Position numbers and translations under genes: made by a program. The notes beneath the pieces were generated by a model, which was not told where the DNA came from, made no database searches, and saw only the letters and a program-made list of their open reading frames with translations. Of a stretch of 64,000 nt of DNA, positions 1 to 11,404 are shown in pieces (positions within the stretch are counted from its first letter, which is position 1; each line of letters opens with the position of its first letter). The DNA is from Calditrichia bacterium (GTDB lineage Bacteria; Calditrichota; Calditrichia; JAJRVZ01): assembly GCA_963796965.1 (NCBI GenBank), contig CAWCNS010000016.1:305513-369512 (forward strand), read 5' to 3'.

Positions 1-87
1 GGCCTGGCCACACTTTGGATGGCTGTCTTTGCAGATATGGGAGCCAGTCTCATTGTTATTTTTAATGGTATGCGCACACTGCGCTAG
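1..87 (+). CDS. C-terminal end of heavy-metal P1B-type ATPase (ZntA/CadA-like), partial
   Basis: Manual translation GLATLWMAVFADMGASLIVIFNGMRTLR*, matching the last TM segment (AVFAD.G...V..NG.R) of Zn/Cd P-type ATPases. Confidence 0.85.
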   Translation, partial: GLATLWMAVFADMGASLIVIFNGMRTLR

Positions 88-220
88 TCTTCTATCGGCC
101 AATAAATCTGAGAATTATTGTGCGTATAAGATTTCTATTTGAAAACAATTTTACCCGCAAGACTATCCAGGCTTTTAAATTATTTCTATTCCGAAAATTA
201 ATATAATCTCACTGAAAACA

Positions 221-247
221 TAAATATTCTTTCCTGCCTGCCGATAA
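221..247 (+). promoter_or_regulatory. Putative sigma28 (FliA) promoter
   Basis: TAAA(221-224)-N15-GCCGATAA(240-247), exact consensus, 30 bp upstream of the kinase ORF. Confidence 0.6.
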
Positions 248-277
248 TAACTCTAATCTATCATATTATAATCGGCC

Positions 278-3200
278 ATGACAAAATCTAAAACACCATA
301 TTTTAAATGTCTCAGTATGAATACAATCATGTTTACCCTAATGCTGATTCATATGATCTCCACAATAGCTAGTGCACAGCGATATCCTTTCCGGACGTAT
401 AATGTTGCGGAGGGCATTTCCCAGTCCCAGATCAATGATATCATCCAGGATTATGATGGATATCTCTGGTTTGCATCAGCAGAGGGATTAACACGTTTTA
501 ACGGTCATGAATTTAAAACATTTGGCAAATCAGATGGGTTAGCCGGCTCATTGATAAATAAAATTTTGCTGGACAGTGAGGGCAATATGTGGCTGGGATA
601 CCGTGATAAAGGTGTCTCAAAGTATCTTGTTAAAGAAAAAATATATATACCGGTCTTCCTTCCTGCAGGTCTTGAGACAGCGGATATTGTAGACATTATA
701 GAGACTGTTGATGGATCATTATTATTTGCCACAGATGATGATGGCGTGTTGATATACCATGAAGGGATATGGAAATTAATAGATGATGATGAGGGCCTCC
801 CGTCGAATAAAGTTTTTTCATTATGCTCTGTCAACGATAAAATCTGGATAGGAACCGCGAGAGGTCTTTGCATATTAAGCGGGGATCAATTTGAAGTTGA
901 CACAACGTCATATAAAAGTAACTTTACCCGCTTTGCAGATGAGGAAATTTCTGCATTGATGTGTGATCATGAAGAAAATATTTGGATAAGTACAGCAGGA
1001 TCGGGAATTTTCCGCTTCATCCCCAATTCCGAGACGAATGGAGAGGATACATTATTAAATGTATCTGAATTACTAAACCTTCCTCAAATATTCCCCCAAT
1101 GTATTATTGAGGATCAGGAGCAGAACATTTGGGTCGGGACAAAAGAAAAGGGTGTTATCAGGTTTGGTAGTGATATTTTTGGTAAAGATTCAGTATTTGT
1201 GATCATTAATAAACAAAATGGGCTCGACCGTGTGGATATCTCAACCATATTTCAGGATAGTGAAGGTTCGTTCTGGTTTGGATCTAATGGAGGAGGTGTA
1301 TATCAGTATAGGGGAAATTGTTTTGAAAAGTACGGTGAAATGGAAGGATTACTCGACGATGTTATTTGGGCAATATTTGAAGACCAACAAGGTGGATTTT
1401 GGTTCGGTTCTGAAAATGGACTGACCCATGTTAAGAATGGGGAAGATTGGCAAGATTTTTATTATTTCTCATCAGATCAGTGGCAGGGTAGTAGAAGTAT
1501 TCTGGATATTGATGCGGATTTAAATGGAAATCTTTGGTTGGTTGTGCATAATTCGGGTATACGCGTATTAAATTCAAGGACCAAATTGTTCAGTAAAGTA
1601 CCGGAGTTGGAAGATAAAAAGGTTATCTGTATTGAAAGAGGAAATGCTAACGATTTCTGGTTCGGCACTTTTGACAATGGCACTTTCTACATGGATCTTG
1701 ATTCAGGAATTGTGATTAATTATAAAGCTGATGATGGATTGGCGAGCAATACTGTTTACGATATTATCAAATCATCAAAAGGGGACATATGGTTTGCAAC
1801 AAATAATGCCGGTATAACGAAATACGATGGATCAAAATTTATTAATTATGGTAGGAGTTCCACATTTGAAAATAGTTCTGTCCTTACCCTGGCCGAAAAT
1901 TCCAAAGGGGATATCTGGATTGGTACAGAGGGTGAAGGCCTGTTCCGGTTTGATGGACAGAAATTTGAGAGTTATTCTCAAAAGTATGGCTTGTGGAAGG
2001 ACGATATCTATTCTGTAGTTTGCGATGATCAGGACAATGTATTTATTGGTACGCGAAGAGGAATCGAAAAATTTAGTCCAAGTGATAGTCTGACAAAGAA
2101 ATTCGGAAAAGTTGAAGGTTTTTCAGCAGTTGAGACCAATCAAAACTCAGTGTATAAAGATGCTGCGGGTCGCCTCTGGTTCGGTACTATTCAGGGTGCG
2201 ATAAGATATAATCCGGCAAGTGAGCGGCGAAATAATGTACCGCCCAAAACATATATCGATAATGTCCGTGTATTTCTACAGGATCAGCCTTTACCTGTTG
2301 ACAGTTCATATGTGCATACCGATAATCATTTAACATTCAATTATACAGGTCTTAGTTTTGTAGCCCCGGAAGATATAAAATACAGCTATTTACTGGAAGG
2401 TTTGGATCGCGATTGGTCCCCCTTGTCTTCAGAGCGGTACGCTACCTATGCAAATCTATCACCTGGTGAGTATACGTTTAAAGTAAAATCCATTAATAGT
2501 GAGTCCATCTGGAGTAAGGAACCCGCGTCTTATAAATTTTCAATAAGGACACCTTTTTGGCAAAAGAGCTGGTTCTATGTGCTTTTAGTTTTTAGCATAG
2601 GTGCGATAATTTATGGATCCCATCGATATCATGTTCGCAAGATTTACAAGAACAATTTGCTCTTAGAAAAGATGGTTCATTCACGGACCAGTGATCTGGT
2701 TACAGAGAAGGAAAAAGCCCAGGAAGCTTTTAATGCACTCAGGGAAAGTGAACAAAAGTTAAAACAGGTGACGGAAAGCATAAATGCTTATCTTTGGAGT
2801 TTGAATATTGATGATTCAGGCAACCTGGAGAATACATTCATTACAGATACCTTTTTTAAGATTGTTGGTTATGATCGTCATGAATTCCCACAAGCAAAAA
2901 ATAAAATGGAAAGGTTTTTGAAAATTGTCCACGAGGATGACAGACAGTATATTAGGGAATCATTTATACGGGCAAAAAAAGGTGAGACAATTAACCTGAA
3001 TTATCGAATCGTTAGCAAAGAACAAGAATACCACTGGCATTATATTCATGCTTTTCCGATAGAAGACGTCCAGGGGAAAGTTAATCTTATCCATGGTGTG
3101 GGATTTGATATTACGAACCGTAAACTGGCCGAAGAAGCATTGCGTAAAAGCGAAGAAAAATATGCAACATTTTTGCGCTATAGTACAGAAGCCATCTGGT

Positions 3201-5080
3201 GTGTTGATCTTAAAGAGCCAATTCCGGTAACATTACCCGTCGAAGATCAAATTGAGCGAATTCTCCACGATGCTTACCTTTCCGATTGTAACGATGCGAT
3301 GGCCAATTTGTATGGATATAATTTAGCCATTGAGATCATTGGATTACCTCTTAGTGCCGGGTTGTTAAGGGATGTGCCGGAAAATAGACAATACCTCCAT
3401 CAATTCATTGAATCCGGTTATCGTTTAAGAAATGCAGAATTTAAAGAGCTCGATAATTCGGGAAACGTAAAGATTATGTTAGTTGGTTTTGTTGGGATTC
3501 TAGAAAAGGGTCATTTGGTAAGGGCCTGGGGAATGCAGCGTGATATTACCGAACAAAGACGTGCTGAAGAAGCGCTGAGAGAAAGTGAGGAGATGTACCG
3601 CAGGCTCATCGAGCGTTCACCTGATACAATTATTGTACACAGTGAAGGAAAAATTGATTATATCAATTCGGCAGGAGTAAAACTTTATGGGGGAAAGCAT
3701 GTATCAGATTTCCTGGGGCATAAGTTGAAAGAATTCTCTCATTCTGATTTTTGGGAGTTAGGGCAGATGCGAATTCAGCAAATATATCAGGAAAAAAGAG
3801 AAGTTAGCCTGATGGAACAAAAAATGGTTCGTCTTGATGGTACTGAATTTGACGTAGAGGTTATGGGCGCACCAATAATTTATAATGGCAGGGCCAGTGG
3901 ACAATCAATTGTACGTGACATCACTGAACGCAAAAAAATGGAAGCAGAAATACAAAAAGGTCAAAAACTGGATTCGGTAGGAATTCTGGCAGGAGGTATT
4001 GCTCACGATTTTAATAATATTCTTACAGCAATTTTAGGAAATATATCTCTTGGGAAAATGTATACAGAGTCCCATGGAGAAGCGAATGCCGTATTAAGTG
4101 AAGCTGAGAGGGCAACTCTGCGAGCCAAAGATCTAACGCAACAATTGCTTACTTTTTCTAAGGGTGGGGCACCGGTAAAAGAAACCACATCAATATATGA
4201 GATTATAAAAGATTCTACAAATTTTGTACTACGCGGATCAAATATTGATGCTGACTATGAGTGTCCTTCAAATTTATGGTCTGTGGATGTAGATGCTGCC
4301 CAAATTAGTCAGGTCATACAAAACCTGATTATTAACGCCGAACAAGCTATGCCAGATGGTAAGAGAATATTAATTAGACTAGAAAATAAAGAGCTGAAAA
4401 AACCAATCTTTCCAAACATGCAACCGGGAAAATTTGTTGAGGTCAGAATAATAGATAAGGGGATTGGAATATCTGATGAACATCTGAGCAAAATATTTGA
4501 TCCTTATTTTACAACGAAGCAAAAAGGTAGTGGTCTTGGTTTGGCCACCTCGTATTCCATAATCATCCGTCATGGTGGCCATATCAATATTACCTCTCAA
4601 ATGGGGAAGGGAACAGAGGTCCTCATATATATTCCGGCTTCAGATAAACAGGTGCCTGAGAAAAAAATTGATGAAGATAAGATCCTTTCAGGCAATGGGC
4701 GAATACTTGTAATGGATGATGAGAGGTTGTTGCTCCAACTGTCAGAACAGTTTCTCAGCCATCTTGGATATCAGGTGACTACTGTAACCGACGGCGAAAA
4801 TGCCATAAAAGAATATAGGAGAGCGAGTCAGGAAGGTTCACCATTTTCATTGGTGATTATGGATTTAACGATACCGGGAGGAATGGGAGGTAAGGAAACC
4901 ATCAAGGAATTAAGGAAAATTGATCCTAATGTAAGGGCAGTTGTTTCAAGTGGTTATTCAAATGATCCGGTGATGGCAAACTATATGGAATTTGGATTTC
5001 AGGCAGTTTTGACCAAACCCTACAAAATTGAAACCATGAGTTCTGTAATCGCTGAGGTTGTAAATGAGCATTCAGCATAA
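278..5080 (+). CDS. Hybrid sensor histidine kinase: beta-propeller (Reg_prop) repeats, Y_Y_Y domain, TM, PAS domains, HisKA/HATPase, receiver
   Basis: Repeated D..G.(I/L)W.(G/A)T motifs; YSYLLEGLD..W..YANLSPGEYTFKV; PAC motifs (DITNRK, DITEQR, DITERK); H-box AHDFNN; FDPYFTTK..GSGLGL; receiver LVMDD..MDLTIP..KP. Confidence 0.95.
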   Translation: MTKSKTPYFKCLSMNTIMFTLMLIHMISTIASAQRYPFRTYNVAEGISQSQINDIIQDYDGYLWFASAEGLTRFNGHEFKTFGKSDGLAGSLINKILLDSEGNMWLGYRDKGVSKYLVKEKIYIPVFLPAGLETADIVDIIETVDGSLLFATDDDGVLIYHEGIWKLIDDDEGLPSNKVFSLCSVNDKIWIGTARGLCILSGDQFEVDTTSYKSNFTRFADEEISALMCDHEENIWISTAGSGIFRFIPNSETNGEDTLLNVSELLNLPQIFPQCIIEDQEQNIWVGTKEKGVIRFGSDIFGKDSVFVIINKQNGLDRVDISTIFQDSEGSFWFGSNGGGVYQYRGNCFEKYGEMEGLLDDVIWAIFEDQQGGFWFGSENGLTHVKNGEDWQDFYYFSSDQWQGSRSILDIDADLNGNLWLVVHNSGIRVLNSRTKLFSKVPELEDKKVICIERGNANDFWFGTFDNGTFYMDLDSGIVINYKADDGLASNTVYDIIKSSKGDIWFATNNAGITKYDGSKFINYGRSSTFENSSVLTLAENSKGDIWIGTEGEGLFRFDGQKFESYSQKYGLWKDDIYSVVCDDQDNVFIGTRRGIEKFSPSDSLTKKFGKVEGFSAVETNQNSVYKDAAGRLWFGTIQGAIRYNPASERRNNVPPKTYIDNVRVFLQDQPLPVDSSYVHTDNHLTFNYTGLSFVAPEDIKYSYLLEGLDRDWSPLSSERYATYANLSPGEYTFKVKSINSESIWSKEPASYKFSIRTPFWQKSWFYVLLVFSIGAIIYGSHRYHVRKIYKNNLLLEKMVHSRTSDLVTEKEKAQEAFNALRESEQKLKQVTESINAYLWSLNIDDSGNLENTFITDTFFKIVGYDRHEFPQAKNKMERFLKIVHEDDRQYIRESFIRAKKGETINLNYRIVSKEQEYHWHYIHAFPIEDVQGKVNLIHGVGFDITNRKLAEEALRKSEEKYATFLRYSTEAIWCVDLKEPIPVTLPVEDQIERILHDAYLSDCNDAMANLYGYNLAIEIIGLPLSAGLLRDVPENRQYLHQFIESGYRLRNAEFKELDNSGNVKIMLVGFVGILEKGHLVRAWGMQRDITEQRRAEEALRESEEMYRRLIERSPDTIIVHSEGKIDYINSAGVKLYGGKHVSDFLGHKLKEFSHSDFWELGQMRIQQIYQEKREVSLMEQKMVRLDGTEFDVEVMGAPIIYNGRASGQSIVRDITERKKMEAEIQKGQKLDSVGILAGGIAHDFNNILTAILGNISLGKMYTESHGEANAVLSEAERATLRAKDLTQQLLTFSKGGAPVKETTSIYEIIKDSTNFVLRGSNIDADYECPSNLWSVDVDAAQISQVIQNLIINAEQAMPDGKRILIRLENKELKKPIFPNMQPGKFVEVRIIDKGIGISDEHLSKIFDPYFTTKQKGSGLGLATSYSIIIRHGGHINITSQMGKGTEVLIYIPASDKQVPEKKIDEDKILSGNGRILVMDDERLLLQLSEQFLSHLGYQVTTVTDGENAIKEYRRASQEGSPFSLVIMDLTIPGGMGGKETIKELRKIDPNVRAVVSSGYSNDPVMANYMEFGFQAVLTKPYKIETMSSVIAEVVNEHSA

Positions 5081-5239
5081 TTCACTAATATATATCTTTT
5101 TGTCCTAAAATCTACCAAGAAACTCCGATAATTTTCAAAATCTAACCTTACTTTTGCTTGAAAAGAAAATAGTATTTTCTTACCTTAAAATCTTTGCTTT
5201 AATGACAATAAATCAATTATTGTGTTCTAAGGAGGAGAA

Positions 5240-7327
5240 TTGAAAAATTATAAAACAGATCAATTAAGAAATGTAGCCTTAGGGGCACATGGCGGTGCGG
5301 GTAAAACCACTCTGGCTGAGGCAATGCTTTTTAATATGGGTGAAATTAGCCGGATTGGTTCTATTGAGCAAGGTACGACTACTTCTGATTATGATCAGGA
5401 TGAGATGGAACGTCAAATATCCATTAATACATCGATGTTACATGGTGAATGGAATGATCACAAATTGAATATTATTGACACCCCTGGATATCCTGATTTC
5501 TTTGGTGAAGTAGTTGGTGCTTTTCGAGCAGTAGAAAGTGTTATGATAGTTATTTCAGCAACTGGAGGGGTCGAGGTTGGGACAGAACTTATCTGGGAGG
5601 AAGCGAAAAAACTTGGTTTACCGCGAATAATGGTAATTAATAAACTGGATAAGGAGAATCTTGATTATGATAGTGTCTTGACATCTCTTCAGGAGAGTTT
5701 TGGGCATCAGGTTGTGAGTGCGCAATTTCCTGTTAATGTTGGACCTGGTTTTAACAGTATTGTAGATCTTATTCGCATGAAGTTAATGAAATTCAACACA
5801 GACGGCAGCGGCAAATATTCTGAAGAAGCAATACCTGACGATTTGAAGGTAAAAGCGGATGATCTTCATCTGAAACTGATCGAAGCAGTTGCAGAGAGTG
5901 ATGATTCATTAATGGAAAAATATTTTGAAGCAGGTGAATTAACCGAAGATGAATTCAGGGCTGGTTTGCGGAAAGCAATTCTGGCTAATGAGGTCTATCC
6001 GGTTTTTTGTACATCAGCAACTGATAATATTGGTGTTCGCAGGTTAAATGATGTTATTGCCAACTTTGCTCCCGCTCCCTGTGACATTAAAACAATTCCT
6101 GCATTAGATAGCAATGATAAAGATGTCGAAATCTCCTGTGAAATTACCGGATCTGCATCGGCCATGGTATTTAAAACTATTTCTGAGGATCATGTCGGTG
6201 AATTATCTTATCTAAAGGTGTTTTCTGGAGCGGTAAAGGCTGGCGATGATATGCAAAACAGCACGCAAAGTAAATCTGAACGAATCGGGCAGATGTTTGT
6301 CCTGAATGGTCGAAATAAAAGCAGTGTGGATCGCCTTGTTGCTGGTGATATCGGAGCTGTGGTCAAATTAAAGTCTACCCATACGGGTGATACGCTATGT
6401 GATAAAAGCAAGATTATCAAATTTCCAAAGATCGCTTTTCCTAAACCCAGGATCCGGACGGCCATCTTGCCAAAAGCAAAGGGGGACGAAGATAAAATTA
6501 GTGTTGGATTACATACATTACATGAAGAAGATCCAACCTTTGTTTCACAATTTGATCCGGAATTAAAACAAACAATAATTGCTGGTCAGGGAGAGATGCA
6601 TCTGGCTATCATATTAAAACGGTTGCATAAAAAATACCATGTGGAAGTATTGGAGGAACCGCCAAAAATTCCATATCGTGAAACCATTAAAAGCAAGGCA
6701 GAAGCGCAAGGAAAGTACAAAAAACAATCGGGTGGACGTGGTCAGTACGGTGACTGCCATTTACGGTTGGAGAAAAAGTCAAGGGGAGACGGTTTTGAAT
6801 TTGTGGATGCTGTTGTAGGAGGAGTTATTCCTGGAAAATTTATCCCTGCTGTTGAAAAAGGTGTAGTGGAGCGAATGGATAAGGGCGTTATTGCAGGATT
6901 TCCAGTAGTTGATGTAAAAGTAACATGCTTTGACGGCAGCTATCATAATGTCGATTCCTCTGAAATGGCTTTTAAAGTGGCTGCCTCAATGGGTTTTCAA
7001 AAAGCCTTTATGGCTGCAAAACCTGTTCTTATGGAGCCTGTATATGATGTGACAATCAAAGTACCCGATGAGTTTATGGGCGATGTGATGGGAGATGTTT
7101 CCGGGCGACGTGGAAAGATTATGGGAGTGGACTCAGATGGAAAATTTCAGGTGATCAGAGCTAAAATTCCTCTGGCAGAATTATATAAATATTCAACTTC
7201 TTTACGATCGATGACTTCGGGGCGGGGAATTCATAACCGTGAGTTCTCTCATTATGAAGATGTCCCTTCTGATGTGGCGGAAAAGATAATAGAGCAAGTG
7301 AAGAAAGAAAAGGAAGAAGAAGCCTAA
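5240..7327 (+). CDS. fusA: Elongation factor G paralog (EF-G2 type, outside the str operon)
   Basis: AHGGAGKTT, DTPG, NKLD, GQGEMHL, KKQSGGRGQYG, DGSYHNVDSSEMAF; TTG start after AGGAGG. Confidence 0.95.
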   Translation: MKNYKTDQLRNVALGAHGGAGKTTLAEAMLFNMGEISRIGSIEQGTTTSDYDQDEMERQISINTSMLHGEWNDHKLNIIDTPGYPDFFGEVVGAFRAVESVMIVISATGGVEVGTELIWEEAKKLGLPRIMVINKLDKENLDYDSVLTSLQESFGHQVVSAQFPVNVGPGFNSIVDLIRMKLMKFNTDGSGKYSEEAIPDDLKVKADDLHLKLIEAVAESDDSLMEKYFEAGELTEDEFRAGLRKAILANEVYPVFCTSATDNIGVRRLNDVIANFAPAPCDIKTIPALDSNDKDVEISCEITGSASAMVFKTISEDHVGELSYLKVFSGAVKAGDDMQNSTQSKSERIGQMFVLNGRNKSSVDRLVAGDIGAVVKLKSTHTGDTLCDKSKIIKFPKIAFPKPRIRTAILPKAKGDEDKISVGLHTLHEEDPTFVSQFDPELKQTIIAGQGEMHLAIILKRLHKKYHVEVLEEPPKIPYRETIKSKAEAQGKYKKQSGGRGQYGDCHLRLEKKSRGDGFEFVDAVVGGVIPGKFIPAVEKGVVERMDKGVIAGFPVVDVKVTCFDGSYHNVDSSEMAFKVAASMGFQKAFMAAKPVLMEPVYDVTIKVPDEFMGDVMGDVSGRRGKIMGVDSDGKFQVIRAKIPLAELYKYSTSLRSMTSGRGIHNREFSHYEDVPSDVAEKIIEQVKKEKEEEA

Positions 7328-7380
7328 TAAATAGCTTATATCTCTATTTTATCTGCTAAGGAATAGTCGATCTTACAATA

Positions 7381-7508
7381 GTAACGACGCGATTAAGAGA
7401 AGAGGCTGTGCAAAAAAGAATTTTGACCACGGAAATACCCCCGTTCTACGGGGGGTAATTCCGTGGTTGATTTTTTATTTTCACTCAACCTCTAAATCGC
7501 GTTGTTAC
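7381..7508. repeat. Nested palindrome: REP-like arms enclosing a MITE-like insert
   Basis: GTAACGACGCGATT(7381-94)/AATCGCGTTGTTAC(7495-7508); inner AGAGG../..CCTCT; core ACCACGGAA-TACCCCCG..CGGGGGGTA-ATTCCGTGGT. Confidence 0.75.
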
Positions 7509-7668
7509 ATAATTCTGATTGCAAATTTGCTGTTCCAGTATCTTTTCCAATCATATAACGTGTATCCACAAAAACTGGAATGGTAAAGCACTTCTCTTAT
7601 TTCATCTTGACCAAATAGATTTATTAGAAATTTATGTTATTTAACCATGGATTGAGTGGAAAAGAAGA

Positions 7669-8166
7669 ATGCATATGAAAAGATTATGGGCCCCGTGGCG
7701 CCTCGAGTATATAAAGAATGCACAAGATAATGGGGAAGGTTGTATATTCTGCCTCAAACCCGGTGAGTCCAGGGATAAGGAAAACCTCATTGTTTATCGT
7801 TCCCACCACTGTTTTGTAATAATGAATAAATATCCTTATAACAATGGGCATATCATGGTTGTACCTTATCTCCACGAGTCTGATTTTACCAGTTTCTCAG
7901 ATGAGATCCTGCTCAATATCCAGCACATCATTCAATTATCTGTAAAAGCACTTCAAAATTCAATGAATCCACATGGTATTAATGTCGGTATTAATCTTGG
8001 TAGGAGCGCCGGTGCGGGAATAGTTGATCATCTACATTACCATCTTGTACCACGCTGGGATGGCGATACCAATTTTATGCCAGTCCTGACCGGAACGAAA
8101 GTTATTTCTGAAGGTTTGACCGAATCGTGGGAAAAACTGCAAAAGGCATTCAGAGAAATTTCTTGA
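7669..8166 (+). CDS. HIT-family nucleotide hydrolase
   Basis: LWAPWR, CIFC, NKYPYNNGH, HLHYHLVPRW histidine triad. Confidence 0.92.
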   Translation: MHMKRLWAPWRLEYIKNAQDNGEGCIFCLKPGESRDKENLIVYRSHHCFVIMNKYPYNNGHIMVVPYLHESDFTSFSDEILLNIQHIIQLSVKALQNSMNPHGINVGINLGRSAGAGIVDHLHYHLVPRWDGDTNFMPVLTGTKVISEGLTESWEKLQKAFREIS

Positions 8167-8381
8167 ATCTGTAGAATTCTTCGAGGCTTTGCCTTTGGGT
8201 TTACTATTTCTCCCTATCCTTTAGGAGAGGGTTGGGTAGAGGTAAATAGATGAAATTTTGTTTTTCGATATTTGTGTCGAAATATAACTGGCGAAATACT
8301 ACAATAGGCATCAGGTATGGTCAGTTTTAAAGAATTTCTTTATTCAAATTGACCTGATAGTTATTTCAATAATTTAAACAT

Positions 8382-9618
8382 ATGATAACACTTATAAAAA
8401 ACATCGGACAACTGTATAGTGTTGATACCAAGGGTGGTTATGGCGATTATATAAATTATAGTGACTGTGCAATCGTCCTTGAGAATGACATTATCAGCGA
8501 TATCTATCAGAATCCTCAACCAAAAATAAGGAATGCTGATCGAACAATCGATGCCGGAGGGAACACAGTTCTCCCGGGTTTTGTCGATGCCCACACCCAT
8601 CCGGTTTTTTGGCAGACACGGGAATCTGAATTCATTATGCGTATAAGAGGCATGTCCTATGAGGAGATTGCTAAAGCAGGAGGTGGGATCAGGAACAGCT
8701 CACGCAGTTTTCAGAAAGCTTCTGAGGCGCAAATCAAAGAGGTTACCCGGGACCGAATCCGGACTTTTCTTGAATATGGTACAACAACGATTGAAGCTGA
8801 AAAGTGGTTATGGCTTGTCTTTGAAAAGTGAGTTAAAAGCATTGCAGATTATCGCTGATCTCAACAAGGAGCAGGCATTGGAGATGATCCCCACATTTTT
8901 GGGTGCCCATGAAGTACCGGATGAATATCGAAACAACCGCAATGAATATATCAATCTGGTGGTTAATAAAATGATTCCGGAAGTGGCTGAAAAAAAACTG
9001 GCCCGCTATTGTGATGTATTCTGCGAAAAAGGTGTTTTTACCCTCACTGAGACCAAATTGATTCTTCAAAAGGCTTTGGAACACGGACTCCTGGGAAGAA
9101 TTCATGCTGATGAATTACATGCCTTTGGAGCAGCTGAGTCTGCAGCTGAAATGAGTACAGTTACGGCCGATCATCTTGTAAAAACTTCTGACACAGGTAT
9201 CCGGATGATGGCGGAGGCAGGTGTGATCCCTGTACTATTACCTGCCACTACTTTCTTTCTAAGGAAAGACGAATATGCACCTGCAAAAAAAATGCTTTCC
9301 GCCGGTTGTGAGGTAGCTCTTGCTACAGACTTTAATCCGGGTAGTTCAATGACACAAAGCATGCAACTTGTTTGGACTATTGGGGCTCTTAAACTTGGTA
9401 TGTTGCCCGGAGAATTGTTATGGGCAACTACCTATATTCCGGCAAAGAGCTTACAAATGGGTCAACAGGTTGGCAGTATTGAAAGAGGAAAACAAGCAGA
9501 CCTGATTCTCCTGAATATCCCAAACCTTGATTTTCTGGCTTATCATATGGGAATAAATCATGTGATGTATACAATTAAAAAGGGATTGATTGTATACAAG
9601 CAAGATAATCTGCTATAG
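8382..9618 (+). CDS. hutI: Imidazolonepropionase (one frameshift ~8799)
   Basis: PGFVDAHTHPVF, GGGI, GTTTIEA|KSGYGL across the shift, DVFCE, HADEL, DH, ATDFNPGS. Confidence 0.92.
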
Positions 9619-10247
9619 AGTCTACCTAGTTTAAATAATTTATATATTTATGTGGCCAACGAAGAATGACAAAAAGTAGTAGTTGCTCCTGGCTGGAACC
9701 TGCAAAGATTTATCTGATTCACTTTATACATTGTTATATATATTCCTTCAATTCATTTTCTTTATATTAAAAATTATTATTAATAGATATACTTTTCTGG
9801 CGTCTTTTAATATTATTCTTCAGAGATTTTTGTTGATTTGTGATCTTCCTGACAATTTCATACAACCGATCTATATTCTACCCGTATAATAATATAAATT
9901 AAAAACAATCCTGCAGTTTTACATATGGTGAAGGTTCTGTCATTCTGTCCCGGATTTCAATAGGGATAAGTCATATCATGTAAATGCAATGAAAAAAAAT
10001 GCGTGGCACGTCACAAGGCACCTGAACGGAGATTGAAAATCATTGATACTAAATCAACAAAATAAAAGGATAATACGGATCAATTTAGTTATAAAAGGTT
10101 AATTGAAATTTATCCATCTTGGGAAGTGTAAATTTAGAAATTGCAGGTATCTTGTGTGACTTTATGGCAGATTGTATCTTGACTTTACAGGGGGCATTTG
10201 ATAACTTCAAATAAAATTAAATCACCTACTTTAACATATGTTTACTT

Positions 10248-11404
10248 ATGACTGATCAAAAACCAGATAAATATAACGATATAAAAAATGAAATTGGCAT
10301 TTACGGCGAGTCACCCGAGATTGAGGAAATGTTACGGATCGTTGGTACGGTTGCCCCCACGGACCTCTCGGTACTAATAAACGGAGAAAGTGGAACCGGA
10401 AAAGAGTTAATCGCTCGTGCCTTACACAACCTGAGTACACGGAAGGATAAACCCCTGATATCTGTAAATACCGGAGCAATTCCGGAGGGGATACTAGAAA
10501 GTGAGTTGTTTGGCCATGAAAAAGGATCGTTTACAGGAGCTATTGGTCAAAAAAAGGGTATTTTGAAGCTGCTGATGGTGGAACGATCTTTTTAGATGAG
10601 ATTGGAGAGATGCCGCTTAATACACAAGTTAAGTTGTTGAGAGTATTGGAGGAATCGGAATTTATGCGTGTTGGAGGTACCCAGTTATTTAAAGTAGATG
10701 TTCGTCTGGTAGCAGCAACAAATAAAAATTTGGAAAATGCTGTTAAGAATGGTGAATTTCGTCAGGATCTTTATTTCCGCCTCAAAGCCATTACAATCGA
10801 TATTCCCCCACTGAGGCAGCGACGGGAAGACATCCCTCTTTTGGTTTCTTTTTTTACTAATAAGTTTGAGGAAGAACAAAATCATTCATTCAAAGGTTTT
10901 TCACCCGAAGCTTTACAGCTGATGAAGGAATATGATTGGCCTGGAAATATCAGGGAGTTGCGGAACTTTGTTGAGACCTCTCTGATATTGAATAAGGGCG
11001 AAGTTGTAAACTCTACATACGTCAGTGCTAATTTGAAGCTCAGAGGAGATTCAAGAAATCTGCCGGTACCGCTAAACCGGCCTCATGATCAGGCAGAGCG
11101 TGAATTAATTTATCGCACACTTTGGGCACTTAAACTGGATGTTGATGAGATTAAAAATATTTTATTAGAAATTCAGGGACGCAATTTTAGCACAGACAAT
11201 CTTTCTGACATGTCGTCTATCGGGGAGGATGCAGTTTCGGACCCTGATGGTTTTGAACTAAAACCGATGACCATTGCTGCAATGGAAAGAGACATGATAA
11301 AAGATAATTTACGAAAGTTCGATGGTAATCGAAGAAAGACCGCGCGTGTCCTTCAAATCAGTGAAAGAACATTATACCGGAAAATAAAAGAATATGGCTT
11401 GTAA
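10248..11404 (+). CDS. Sigma54-interaction AAA+ / Fis-HTH regulator lacking an N-terminal sensor (frameshift ~10560)
   Basis: GESGTGKE, ESELFGHEKGSFTGA, FLDEIGE across the shift, FRQDLYFRL, WPGNIREL, ISERTLYRKIKEY. Confidence 0.92.

Noticed and set aside
5106..5131. Second sigma28-like site before fusA (TAAA-N14-TCCGATAA)
   Set aside because: Spacing is one base short and the -10 mismatches; plausible by chance in AT-rich DNA
8208..8243. CTCCCTATCCTTTAGGAGAGGGTTGGGTAGAGG REP-like hairpin
   Set aside because: Single degenerate copy in the window; cannot be told apart from a terminator-like hairpin
10248..11404. This regulator as the activator of the twin sigma54 promoters
   Set aside because: It lies in a conserved envelope cluster 27 kb away and has no sensor domain; nothing in the sequence links it
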